NCBI RefSeq assembly: GCF_000219355.1
Contig: NC_015722.1
Span: 540,001 to 572,000, forward strand
Length of the DNA: 32,000 nt
Reading direction: 5' to 3'
DNA from: Candidatus Midichloria mitochondrii IricVA
GTDB lineage: Bacteria; Pseudomonadota; Alphaproteobacteria; Rickettsiales; Midichloriaceae
Below, one piece after another: positions 9,348-18,515 of the stretch (its first letter is position 1; each line of letters begins with the position of its first letter). The notes under the pieces were generated by a model. It was given only the letters and a program-made list of their open reading frames with translations, ran no database searches and was not told the origin of the DNA. Made by a program: the position numbers and the translations under genes.

Positions 9348-10568
9348 TTAAATACCTTTATAAAATATATTAATTATTTCCATCAGAATAATTACTATTC
9401 CAAGAACTGCAGCAATAGATCTAATAAACTTCGATGTCAATATACTATAATGTAATTTATTTGTTTTTATTTTTTGCAATAAATAAAGCGGCAACAGTAC
9501 TGCTATTATCACTAGTATCATACCCGCAAAGCTTAACATCTTAATAAAAGCATCAGGCACAACAAGGGCGATGAACAAAGAGGGGATGAATGCTAACAAA
9601 AGTGATTTTACCTTAACTGGAAAACTTGCACCTACCCTTCCTTTATTTAAAATATCTTCCCAGGAATTCATCAAGCCCATACCAACACCTAACAAAGAAG
9701 TAAGTATTGCCAAAATAGAAAGGCACCAAATAACAATTTGCATATAAGTTATATTAGCTATTTGACTCAATTTTAATATCATGCTCCCTACATCAACCAA
9801 GCTATTAGTCATTAAAGAATAAAAATAGGGATCATAGTTATTTATAACGACTAATATGACAACAAACCACAATATATAAGTGATTGTTGGGATGAAACTG
9901 CCCCAAAAACATGCTTTTTTCAGTTTCGAGCTATCCTGCCGACAATATTGTACTAAAGTTGCAAAAATTGTCTGATATCCAAATGAAGTAAAGAGTATCG
10001 GCACCGCTAATCTCAAGTCTTTAAAAGCGCCATCACTCATACCTATAGGTACAGTAGTCCAATCCATAACAATCAACAAACCAAAAATTATTATACCTAT
10101 TGAAAATAAAAGCGCATAAAAAAGCATTCTATTAATACGGTCAATAAGGCCCATAGAAAGGCTTAGCGTTCCGATTACAGAACAGGTTGACAAGAAAGCT
10201 ATAACTTTAAAGTCAAAATCAATACCGAAGTCTATGAGCATCTTCTGAATTACTGAAGAAATACCATAAATAAATACTGCTAAAAGTGAATATGAGATTA
10301 TTTTTATACTTAAAATCCCAAGAAGCTCTGCCCCTTTACCAGAATACAGTCTGCCTAACCTACCAAGAGCAAGTCCCTGCCCAGCTTGCAAGCTAAGTTC
10401 TACGCTGACTAACGATGTATAATAAGTTAATAACCATATAGTCAACATTAAAGTAATACTGTAAAAAATTCCAAGGCTAGCTAATATTATCGGCAATGCC
10501 AACACACCAGATCCAATTGCAGTACCCGCAATTAAACAGACCCCGCCTACAGTCCTATTCATATTCAA
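9348..10568 (-). CDS. Aromatic/hydroxy amino-acid permease (HAAAP family, TyrP/Mtr/TnaB-like)
   Basis: 406 aa with about 11 TM segments. The N-terminal GGVCLIAGTAIGSGVLALPI matches the G-x-x-I-I-A-G-T-x-I-G-A-G-M-L-x-L-P signature of tyrosine/tryptophan-specific transporters. Confidence 0.75.
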   Translation of the reverse strand: MNMNRTVGGVCLIAGTAIGSGVLALPIILASLGIFYSITLMLTIWLLTYYTSLVSVELSLQAGQGLALGRLGRLYSGKGAELLGILSIKIISYSLLAVFIYGISSVIQKMLIDFGIDFDFKVIAFLSTCSVIGTLSLSMGLIDRINRMLFYALLFSIGIIIFGLLIVMDWTTVPIGMSDGAFKDLRLAVPILFTSFGYQTIFATLVQYCRQDSSKLKKACFWGSFIPTITYILWFVVILVVINNYDPYFYSLMTNSLVDVGSMILKLSQIANITYMQIVIWCLSILAILTSLLGVGMGLMNSWEDILNKGRVGASFPVKVKSLLLAFIPSLFIALVVPDAFIKMLSFAGMILVIIAVLLPLYLLQKIKTNKLHYSILTSKFIRSIAAVLGIVIILMEIINIFYKGI

Positions 10569-10743
10569 ACCTAAAGAAATTAATCAAAAAAACATTAAAA
10601 AAGACGTGCACTAGTAGGGACAAAACACAAAAAAACAGCAAACCTCGAATAGGCTAAGAGATATCTATAAAATAATGAAAACAATAATCACGGTATTCTA
10701 TAAAAAAATACTAATTATGCAAGTATATTTTTATGATATTACT

Positions 10744-11087
10744 GGCATCGCCTGGTAATTATAGACGGCAATAAGAGGGCGTGATATCTTCGTAGTAAAA
10801 TGGGAATAGAAATGACAATCAAGTGTAAATATTGCAGCTCCAGCGAACAGGTGAAGAATGGCGTGGTATATGGTAAAATCTCCACGCACCATCACAAAAC
10901 AAAAGCTGGGACCTCATTGTGGTAGAATCAAAGAATTCTTTAATAGGCATTATCTAGCCAGTTTTAATCGAAGAACAAAGTGCTATAGCAAATCCCTGAG
11001 GATGCTTTGCACTACTCTTGCCCTCTTTTTCCACAGAGGGCAATTTGCTGGATTTGAACTCTTATCTGTAGGATATTAGGCAACGCC
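10744..11087 (+). mobile_element. IS1-family remnant, internally deleted (MITE-like, about 344 bp)
   Basis: Candidate imperfect ends: GGCATCGCCTGGTAAT... (10744-) and ...CCTAATATCC...GGCAACGCC read inward from 11087. A short ORF from ATG 10812 encodes MTIKCKYCSSSEQVKNG... (Cys-x2-Cys...VKNG zinc-finger N-terminus of IS1-type transposases). Track ORF 10858-11079 carries EFFNRHYLASFNRRTKCYSKSLRML, which matches the E-x-F-N...R-R-T-x-C-[FY]-S-K-S C-terminal block of IS1-family transposases. The catalytic middle is missing. Confidence 0.5.
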
Positions 11088-11134
11088 TTAGCGTACTCCT
11101 TTTTGCCTCAGTTATACTGCTGAAAATCGGTACA

Positions 11135-12097
11135 CTAAAATTTTCTGATCTCTACAAATGCATTCTGCTTTATTTCACTCATATAAGCTTTTGCTCCGGT
11201 ATTAATTTTTTTCATTTTTAAGAATGCTTCTATCTCTTTTTTCTCTTGTTCCGTTGGTATAACACCGAGTTTTTTTGTGACAATGTCTTGTCGATCTAGT
11301 ACCTTGAATATCATTACATTATTTTCTTGCTCAATAGGCTTGCTGATTGCGCCAGGTTTTAGGTTTTTTAGTGCTTCTATGGTTGTAGGAGTTAATTGTG
11401 ATAACTGTACCCACCCTATTTCTCCGCCGTTTTCTTTTGATGGGGCGACTGAAAATTCCCGTACTAAACTCTTAAAATCAGCACCAGAATTGAGAGCGGA
11501 AATAATATTAGCAGCATAATTTTTGCTACCAGGATTATTAGGTTCAATATTAAATACAATTTGGGCAAGTTTTAGGCGAATATCGTTATTGATTTTTTGA
11601 TATTTGCGCATAATTTCAAATTGCTCTTTTATTTCTTGCTCAGAAACTTTAACATTATCCGCAAATTCATTCTTTATGATTTTTGACCATAGAATATGGG
11701 ATTTGAACATCTTTTGTAATTCTTGTTTACTAACTTGTTTTTTTTGCAATTCAACAATTAAATTTTCTGCAGTTAAGTCATTTTTAGTAGCAAGATCTTC
11801 GATTACCAAATCCAACTCTTGATCGCTAACCACTATGCTTTGTTTAGAAGCAGCCTCTTCAAGCAACTTTTCATCTATTAATGCATAAAGTACTTGTTCT
11901 TTCATCTGTTTAATGTTGATTTTGGCAGGATCTATATTATTGAGCACAAGTGAAGCATTTAATCTCTTATTGAGCTCGATTATCGTAATAGGTTCATTGT
12001 TTACTATAGCTGCGATGCTTGAGTTATTAAGAGAAAAGGCTGTGGTTGAACTTAAAGCCAAACAACAAACTAATAGAAAAACTTTTATAATATTCAT
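11135..12097 (-). CDS. surA: Periplasmic chaperone / parvulin-type peptidyl-prolyl isomerase, SurA-like
   Basis: 320 aa with a signal peptide (MNIIKVFLLVCCLALSSTTAFS). SurA-N-like block (AAIVNNEPITIIELNKR...LIDEKLLEEAA). One parvulin domain (LAQIVF...ENGGEIGWVQLSQLTP...LKPGAISKPIEQENNVMIFKV). It lies immediately downstream of lptD with an ATGA overlap, the same lptD-surA order as in E. coli. Confidence 0.8.
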   Translation of the reverse strand: MNIIKVFLLVCCLALSSTTAFSLNNSSIAAIVNNEPITIIELNKRLNASLVLNNIDPAKINIKQMKEQVLYALIDEKLLEEAASKQSIVVSDQELDLVIEDLATKNDLTAENLIVELQKKQVSKQELQKMFKSHILWSKIIKNEFADNVKVSEQEIKEQFEIMRKYQKINNDIRLKLAQIVFNIEPNNPGSKNYAANIISALNSGADFKSLVREFSVAPSKENGGEIGWVQLSQLTPTTIEALKNLKPGAISKPIEQENNVMIFKVLDRQDIVTKKLGVIPTEQEKKEIEAFLKMKKINTGAKAYMSEIKQNAFVEIRKF

Positions 12098-13917
12098 AAC
12101 TTACTAAAAACTGGCACGCCTACCTTAATTACGTATGTAACAGATGGTTTCAAATCTTTTAACTTTGTGTGATCTCTGTTTATAGCAAAATCAACTTTTA
12201 AGCAATCATCTTTATAAGTTAATCCTATACCATCCCTTAATAATTTCCTTTTATCCTCAATACCTGAGCCAGATGAAAACTTTTGACTATTTAGCTTAAT
12301 TTTAGCATCAAGGTGTAGCCACCACTTCTGGTAAAAATTAAAACCAATATATCCTGAAACCTCCTGCTGGAACAACCTTTCATCTGCCTGACTCTTATAA
12401 GCATAGCTAAGCCCAAGACCAAGCTTATTGAACTTCATTATAGAGTCGATCTCATGCTGCACAATTTTAAAATTTCTATGATCAAACCACACCCTATTTA
12501 CTATAAAAGTATTTTGATTTAATTGCAAAGAAGCATTTAGTATACAATTGTATTTCTTTTTGTTGGCTGCTTGATGATTTTTCATATAAAGGCTACTTCC
12601 TAGAAAAATATTTAAAGCGTCGATTGAAGTATTTTTAAGAAAGAAGTTAAGTCCGTAGTCAAAGCGTGAAACTAAATCAGAAGATTCCCAGTCTAAAAAC
12701 CTATTAGGAGTTAAAAAATTACTTTTTCGTATCTCTAACAGCTCAGTTTCTTGAGAAAAAAATTTGTTAGAAGTTAGCATCAAAGCAGCGATCGGCTCTA
12801 TTATAATTCTATCTTTATAGTCAGAAGCTAGCATCTCATATCCCCATCTGATTTGAGAATAGGGAATAACATTAACAAGGCTTATATATTTCTTGTTAAT
12901 TTCATTAATATTATTATACTGGTGTAAATAGGTATAAATTCCATTTTTTATATTAAATTCGTGACCTTCGCTGGTAACTATTTGATTGCTAAAATTAATG
13001 TCGTTCATTAACCTAGTATCATGATCTTCCGATCTAGTTATTATATTATAAAAAGCTGAATTTAATTCCATTTTGGTGTTCATAAACTCAATAGGATATA
13101 ACTGTTTATATCTAATTAGGGGGAGCGCACTAGGCGTGATTTTAGGATTATAATCTGGCCTTAAATCTTGAAAGGAAACAGCTTCTAAAGAAATAAAATG
13201 TGATTTTCCAGTACGATTTACTGACTGATTGTTAACATAAAGGCAGGAATTTAAGATGTCCTCATTAGAGAGATGATATTTTTTCAGATAGGTCTTGCTT
13301 TCATCAAATAATTTGCTGATATGGACTCCATAATTAATATTTCGATTGAATAATCTGCCTTTAAAATCACCATTAACTTTAATATTACTACTTAATTCTC
13401 TTTCTTGCTTAGAATTTTTTTGATTAATGAAACTAGCATCTACTTGGTATTGGCCATTTTTTAGCAAATGCCGAAATTCTAGTTTGTATAATGTTGGTAT
13501 TGTAGTACTAAGTATAGGAATGAAGGTTGCATCCATATTAGGAGCGAGCCTAAAGTAATAAGGAACTTCCACTCTTAAACCCATTTCTCTCGATATATCC
13601 ACATTTGGTTTTAAGAAACCGCTTTTGGGTTTAGCTTTGGAGGAGGGCAGAGATAAATAAGGAAGGTATAAAATAGGTCTATCTAAAAAGTCCAAAGTGG
13701 CTTTTTTTAAAATGATTTCGTTGTGGTTGTTATCAATTTCCAGTTCCTCAGCACGTATTTTCCATAATAGCTTATCTTTTATTATGTCATTAGAACAGTT
13801 GACGCAAGGAGAAAAGGTAAAGTTTTTTACTCTCTTGTTGCTTTGATTAATAAAACCTTCATCAGCAGACCAAGTGAGCACTTTTTTTGAGCGACCTTTA
13901 ATATTAGTTGCATACAC
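12094..13917 (-). CDS. lptD: LPS-assembly outer-membrane protein LptD (OstA/Imp), main C-terminal portion; the frame is open upstream to 14019
   Basis: 607-aa track ORF (GTG start is an artefact). It is rich in alternating aromatic/polar beta-strand sequence and ends with a C-terminal hydrophobic/aromatic beta-barrel-like terminus (...YVIKVGVPVFSKL). Upstream in the same frame it reads KRKKVIATSRVIFQDPNGDIYNFDYLTSD, which continues the OstA N-domain of the 13991-14221 fragment. Confidence 0.8.
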   Translation of the reverse strand: MYATNIKGRSKKVLTWSADEGFINQSNKRVKNFTFSPCVNCSNDIIKDKLLWKIRAEELEIDNNHNEIILKKATLDFLDRPILYLPYLSLPSSKAKPKSGFLKPNVDISREMGLRVEVPYYFRLAPNMDATFIPILSTTIPTLYKLEFRHLLKNGQYQVDASFINQKNSKQERELSSNIKVNGDFKGRLFNRNINYGVHISKLFDESKTYLKKYHLSNEDILNSCLYVNNQSVNRTGKSHFISLEAVSFQDLRPDYNPKITPSALPLIRYKQLYPIEFMNTKMELNSAFYNIITRSEDHDTRLMNDINFSNQIVTSEGHEFNIKNGIYTYLHQYNNINEINKKYISLVNVIPYSQIRWGYEMLASDYKDRIIIEPIAALMLTSNKFFSQETELLEIRKSNFLTPNRFLDWESSDLVSRFDYGLNFFLKNTSIDALNIFLGSSLYMKNHQAANKKKYNCILNASLQLNQNTFIVNRVWFDHRNFKIVQHEIDSIMKFNKLGLGLSYAYKSQADERLFQQEVSGYIGFNFYQKWWLHLDAKIKLNSQKFSSGSGIEDKRKLLRDGIGLTYKDDCLKVDFAINRDHTKLKDLKPSVTYVIKVGVPVFSKL

Positions 13918-13990
13918 GTTGTGAAATCCTAAATCTGAAGTTAAGTAGTCAAAATTATAGATATCACCATTGGGGTCCTGAAAAATTACT

Positions 13991-14221
13991 CTACTTGTCG
14001 CAATAACTTTTTTCCTTTTTTAAATAAACAATTTTAGACGCAAACAATTTTTTTCCTTCAAAAAATAATTGGGCATTACCGCTGGCAGTAATTGATTCAT
14101 AATCTTTTGAATAAGCGATATTATTAGCTTGAAGTGAGGCCATAGGTGTATTAGCAAATCCTTCAGTTAATGCGAATATTTGGTATAAAAAAAATACTAA
14201 AGATAATAGCTTTTTTATCAA
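13991..14221 (-). CDS. lptD: LptD N-terminal fragment (signal peptide plus start of the OstA_N domain), separated from the rest by one frameshift
   Basis: 76 aa: signal peptide MIKKLLSLVFFLYQIFALTEGFA, then LQANNIAYSKDYESITASGNAQLFFEGKKLFASKIVYLKK (the A-D/N-x-[IV]-x-Y...A-x-G-N-[AV] pattern of OstA_N). It stops at 13991-13993 inside the overlap with the downstream frame. Confidence 0.75.
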   Translation of the reverse strand: MIKKLLSLVFFLYQIFALTEGFANTPMASLQANNIAYSKDYESITASGNAQLFFEGKKLFASKIVYLKKEKSYCDK

Positions 14222-14224
14222 TTA

Positions 14225-14950
14225 CTAAGCTCCAACTATTTTATTGTAGGTATAAATAATATTTTCTAATAAAGTATCAGCAATAGAAAATTCAAAAGAT
14301 TTTTTGTGTTCGTGACTATAAATACTAGCAACTTTTAAAATTCCAATAGCTGTACCGGTCAAAAATGCTGCTTGAGAACCTCTTAGATCTTCGACTTTAA
14401 ACCTATTTTCTCTCACCTTTAGATTTAATTTGTAGGCGACCTCGTTAATAATTGTCTGTCGAGTAATCCCGTTTAAAATTGCATCATCAAACCCATTTTT
14501 TACAGCTTCATTTTGTATGATAGTTGCCATCATATATAGGCCGGAAGCTTTACTATGTACCAGTGCTACACTCATAGGAATTTTTTTCCATTTAGAGATT
14601 TCTAATCTGAGACCTGCACCCCACTTTCCCTCGCTGATAAAGGAATCACAAGCAATGATAGCTGTATGTATTTTACAAGCTAGGTTATTCATTTTGATTA
14701 AGTTAGTAGTGATCTCGCACAGCAATTCTATAGGATACAGAATACTACAACCCACGGCTTCAGCAGATTTCAACAATCTCCTGTAATGTTCCAATTGCTT
14801 AAAGGGCTTCTTATTATATATCCTTATGCCTTCAAAGAAAGCACCTGCGTAATGTAAAGAATGGGCTGTCAAAAGTATTTTAGCATTCTGCCATTCTATA
14901 AATTCGCCGTTCCACCAAATATATCCATTTATTTCTTCGGGTGACACCAT
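14225..14950 (-). CDS. Class IV (branched-chain amino-acid) aminotransferase-like protein, shortened and divergent, possibly non-functional
   Basis: 241 aa. The N-terminus IWWNGEFIEWQNAKILLTAHSLHYAGAFFEGIRIY is a good IlvE match. The C-terminus has GITRQTII...AAFLTGTA. The central region is divergent, and the block expected between the Lys region (HSKASGLY) and GITR is absent. See findings. Confidence 0.6.
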   Translation of the reverse strand: MVSPEEINGYIWWNGEFIEWQNAKILLTAHSLHYAGAFFEGIRIYNKKPFKQLEHYRRLLKSAEAVGCSILYPIELLCEITTNLIKMNNLACKIHTAIIACDSFISEGKWGAGLRLEISKWKKIPMSVALVHSKASGLYMMATIIQNEAVKNGFDDAILNGITRQTIINEVAYKLNLKVRENRFKVEDLRGSQAAFLTGTAIGILKVASIYSHEHKKSFEFSIADTLLENIIYTYNKIVGA

Positions 14951-15054
14951 AAAAAAATCTTTTATAAGTTGCTAAATTTTCCGTGAAAGTTTAGAATACA
15001 CTCACTCCCAAATACTATATAGCTTCAAATCTAGCAATTAACTTATAGTAAAAT

Positions 15055-15870
15055 ATGAATTATGTAAAAAAGATAGCTGCAGATTATAACATTATTCCAA
15101 CTAAAAAATTGGGGCAGAACTTTTTAATAGATGAAAGCGTTGTGGCAAATATTGTTTTTATGGCAAACGTTAGTGATGCTACAGTGCTAGAAATTGGTCC
15201 TGGGGTTGGGAGCTTGACAAGAGAGTTGCTCAAGGCAGGTCCTAAAAAAGTTATAGCGATTGAATTTGATAAGAATTGCATTACAGGTTTGGAATTATTA
15301 AAGAATCAGTATCTAAATTTAGAGACAATAAACGCGGATGCCCTTAAAATCCAGGAAGAGGATCTCGTTGCAGCTAACGAAAAAATAAAAGTAGTGGCTA
15401 ATCTACCTTATAATATAGGAACTGCGCTACTAATCAAGTGGCTAAAGAAAATTAATCTATTTTCTAGTTTTACATTGATGCTACAAAAAGAGGTGGTTGA
15501 TAGAATTGTTGCTAATAAAAGCACTTCAGCTTATGGAGGCTTAAGCGTCATATGTCAATGGCTCTGTTGTACAGAAAAGTTATTTGATATACCTGGTGAA
15601 GCTTTTTGGCCCGCTCCAAAAGTTACTTCTTCAGTGGTAAACCTGATACCTCATAGTAAACCTCTATATGATTGCACTTTAGAAAAGCTTGAGCCCTTCT
15701 TAAAAATGGCTTTCGCTCAAAAAAGAAAAATGCTGCGTAATAACTTAAAATTAGCTTTTAGGGAGGAGGTAAGTAAGATTCTTGAAGAATACGGAATTTT
15801 ACCGACTGCAAGAGCTGAAGAACTCTCTATAGATCAGTTTTGTAAATTGGCTAATTTATCTTATAAATAA
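15055..15870 (+). CDS. rsmA: 16S rRNA (adenine1518/1519-N6)-dimethyltransferase
   Basis: 271 aa. [21 protein letters not shown]-binding [21 protein letters not shown] catalytic motif. Classic KsgA. Confidence 0.95.
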   Translation: MNYVKKIAADYNIIPTKKLGQNFLIDESVVANIVFMANVSDATVLEIGPGVGSLTRELLKAGPKKVIAIEFDKNCITGLELLKNQYLNLETINADALKIQEEDLVAANEKIKVVANLPYNIGTALLIKWLKKINLFSSFTLMLQKEVVDRIVANKSTSAYGGLSVICQWLCCTEKLFDIPGEAFWPAPKVTSSVVNLIPHSKPLYDCTLEKLEPFLKMAFAQKRKMLRNNLKLAFREEVSKILEEYGILPTARAEELSIDQFCKLANLSYK

Positions 15871-15887
15871 TAATTTTGTGTGCGAAT

Positions 15888-18344
15888 ATGAATAATTCAA
15901 TTTTTAAAGAAGTGGAGTGCAATAACGCAATTACTCCGATGATGCAGCAGTATTTGTCAATTAAGTCCCAACATAAAGAGCAATTACTTTTTTATCGTAT
16001 GGGTGATTTTTATGAGTTATTTTTTGAAGACGCTATAATTGCAGCTCCGATTCTCGACATAGCCCTTACCAAAAGAGGACAGCAGGATGGACAAAATATC
16101 CCGATGTGCGGTGTACCATTTCATGCAGCTGAGATATATTTGCAAAAACTAATTAAGAAAGGATTTTCAGTAGCTATTTGCGAGCAACTCGAAACTCCGC
16201 AGGAGGCAAAAAAAAGATCCTATAAGGCAGTAGTAAGAAGAGAAGTAGTGAGGATAATTACTCCTGGTACTCTTATGGAGGATGTATTACTTAGCCCTAA
16301 AAGTAACAATTATTTAGCAGCTATCACTAGTTTTAAAGATAATATAGCAGTCGCTTGGGTTGAAATTTCTACAGGTGAATTTAGTGTATCCTCGATTAAC
16401 GAGAGCGCAATTAGTGCTTTACTAAGCAATTTATCTCCTCAAGAAGTAATAGTAGATGATATGCTGCTTAAAGATGAGCAAATACGTGACACTTTATCTG
16501 TGTCAAATTTTGTTACACCAAAGCCGCACAGCCTGTTTGATTTGAAAAGAACCCAAGCTAGGTTATTGAACTTTTTTAAAATTAACTCTTTAACAGGTTT
16601 TGACCATTTTACCCAACAAGAAATTGCGGCAGCTGGTTGTTTATTAGAATATATACAGTACACTCAAAAACGTAGCCTACCATACTTATCGAAGCTAAAA
16701 AGAATTAATCAAGACGAGTTTTTATTAATTGATGCTAAGACAAGAAAGCATCTTGAGATAGAAAAAAATACTTTAGGAAGCAAAAATAATAGTTTATTAG
16801 AAGTACTCGATAAAACTGTTACAGCAACTGGAGGAAGGCTTCTATCCAGACAATTGAATTTCCCTTTAATTGATGAAAAAACGATTAATCAGCGCTTAAA
16901 TGCCGTAGAAGTATTTTTCAATAATGAAGAATTAAGGGTCGCCTTAAGAAAAATAATGTCGAACTTCCCTGACGTTGAGAGGGCGCTATCGAGAATTTAT
17001 TCAAGAAGGTGTGCTCCTAAAGATTTAAATGCAGTAAAAGAAGGGTTATTCGTTTCAAATCAAATAGCGGAACTGTTACAGTATAATAAGGAAGATTTAA
17101 ATGATTATTTAGAATCGCAGTTACCGCAATTAGCCTTGTTTCATGATTTAATAGATCAATTGAAAGAGGCTTTAAATCCAGAATTGCCGGCAAACATTAA
17201 AGATGGTGGTTATATAAGATCTGGATACTCGCCTCAATTAGATAATCTTATAAATTTTAAAAACAATATTAATTTAAAGATAGGCGAGTTGTGCGATCAA
17301 TATCGTTTTGAGACCAGAATTAATAACTTAAAAATACAAAGAAACAACGTTATAGGCTATTTTGTTGAAGTTACATCATTAAATAATAATAAAATTAATT
17401 CTGAGAAATTTATCCATCGTCAATCTCTGGGAAATGTTACTAGATATATTACCGAAGATCTGAAAAAATTAGAAAGTGAGTTATTAGTTTGCGATGAAAG
17501 GGCGCTGCAGCTGGAGACAAGCATATTTGAAGAGCTTTGCGAACTAATTATTGCAAAAGCAGACAGTATAGTGTTATCAGCAGTGACTATTGCTCGTCTT
17601 GATTTTTTAGCGTCTATGGCAGAGCTCGCCAAGCAAAATAATTATGTTAAGCCAATAGTTGATAGCGGAGAAAATTTTATTATTAAAGGAGGAAGGCACC
17701 CGGTGGTTGAGCTATTAATGCCAAAGGGAGAATTTACGACTAATGATTGTGCATTAGATTCCAACAATAATTTTTGGCTAATGACTGGCCCTAATATGGC
17801 AGGCAAAAGTACTTTTTTAAGACAAAATGCTGTTGTTGCAATTATGGCTCAAATTGGTAGCTTTGTTCCAGCAGACGAAGCTCATATAGGGATAGTAGAT
17901 AAAATATTTAGCAGAATCGGTTCGGGCGATAATATAGCCTCGGGTCAATCAACATTTATGGTTGAAATGCTTGAAACTGCTTATATTTTGAATAATGCTA
18001 CTAAAAATTCTTTAGTGATATTGGATGAAATAGGGCGTGGTACCTCAACATATGATGGTCTTTCTATCGCCTGGTCTGTTATTGAGTATTTGCATAATAC
18101 CAACCAGAGCAAGGTGTTATTTGCAACTCATTATCATGAATTAAATTCACTTGAAGAGACACTATCGCGCCTTCAGTGTTATAATATGCTCGTGCAAGAA
18201 TGGGATGGTAAAACGGTCTTTTTGCATAAAGTTGCAAAGGGTAGAGCTAATAAATCCTATGGTATCCATGTCGCGGAACTATCTGGTATGCCGAAAGAGG
18301 TAATTAAGAGAGCTTACGAAATCTTGCAGCAGCTTTCACAATGA
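15888..18344 (+). CDS. mutS: DNA mismatch repair protein MutS
   Basis: [34 protein letters not shown] (mismatch-binding domain with the F-Y-E motif). Walker [40 protein letters not shown]. The track starts at a TTG (15876). I prefer the ATG at 15888 (MNNSIFKE...). Confidence 0.93.
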   Translation: MNNSIFKEVECNNAITPMMQQYLSIKSQHKEQLLFYRMGDFYELFFEDAIIAAPILDIALTKRGQQDGQNIPMCGVPFHAAEIYLQKLIKKGFSVAICEQLETPQEAKKRSYKAVVRREVVRIITPGTLMEDVLLSPKSNNYLAAITSFKDNIAVAWVEISTGEFSVSSINESAISALLSNLSPQEVIVDDMLLKDEQIRDTLSVSNFVTPKPHSLFDLKRTQARLLNFFKINSLTGFDHFTQQEIAAAGCLLEYIQYTQKRSLPYLSKLKRINQDEFLLIDAKTRKHLEIEKNTLGSKNNSLLEVLDKTVTATGGRLLSRQLNFPLIDEKTINQRLNAVEVFFNNEELRVALRKIMSNFPDVERALSRIYSRRCAPKDLNAVKEGLFVSNQIAELLQYNKEDLNDYLESQLPQLALFHDLIDQLKEALNPELPANIKDGGYIRSGYSPQLDNLINFKNNINLKIGELCDQYRFETRINNLKIQRNNVIGYFVEVTSLNNNKINSEKFIHRQSLGNVTRYITEDLKKLESELLVCDERALQLETSIFEELCELIIAKADSIVLSAVTIARLDFLASMAELAKQNNYVKPIVDSGENFIIKGGRHPVVELLMPKGEFTTNDCALDSNNNFWLMTGPNMAGKSTFLRQNAVVAIMAQIGSFVPADEAHIGIVDKIFSRIGSGDNIASGQSTFMVEMLETAYILNNATKNSLVILDEIGRGTSTYDGLSIAWSVIEYLHNTNQSKVLFATHYHELNSLEETLSRLQCYNMLVQEWDGKTVFLHKVAKGRANKSYGIHVAELSGMPKEVIKRAYEILQQLSQ

Positions 18345-18405
18345 TTTTTTATTTCTTATAAAACAATAAGATAAGTTACATGTTGGCATTATTGTAAAAA
18401 TTAAC

Positions 18406-18434
18406 TTGAAGTTGTTTTTGGCCTTTAATACAAT
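18406..18434 (+). promoter_or_regulatory. Candidate sigma70-type promoter upstream of the flagellin gene
   Basis: TTGAAG (18406-18411), a 17-nt spacer, then TACAAT (18429-18434), about 80 nt upstream of the ATG. This is pattern matching only, in AT-rich DNA where such hexamers occur by chance. Confidence 0.3.
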
Positions 18435-18504
18435 TTTTGTATAGCTCTTTTAAGAGTTGGTCAAAACCAAGGAAACAGTAGTTTTTAAGCAATAAATTCC
18501 AAAT

Positions 18505-18510
18505 AGGAGG
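18505..18510 (+). promoter_or_regulatory. Strong Shine-Dalgarno sequence of the flagellin gene
   Basis: AGGAGG lies 5 nt upstream of ATG 18516. Most other genes I checked in the window lack an obvious SD (hlyD-family has AAGGAG). Confidence 0.7.
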
Positions 18511-18515
18511 AAAAA

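Noticed and set aside
18384-18399. TTGGCATTATTGTAAA as a sigma54 (-24/-12) promoter for the flagellin gene
   Set aside because: The GG element is present, but the required TTGC at the correct 10-nt spacing is not (it reads TAAA). A second TGGCC at 18419 also lacks a -12 element.
18458-18512. Two GGA motifs (ACCAAGGAAAC and AGGAGGA at the SD) as CsrA binding sites controlling flagellin translation
   Set aside because: The motifs are short, and one is simply the SD. I cannot show that a csrA/fliW system exists in this organism, and alphaproteobacteria usually lack it.
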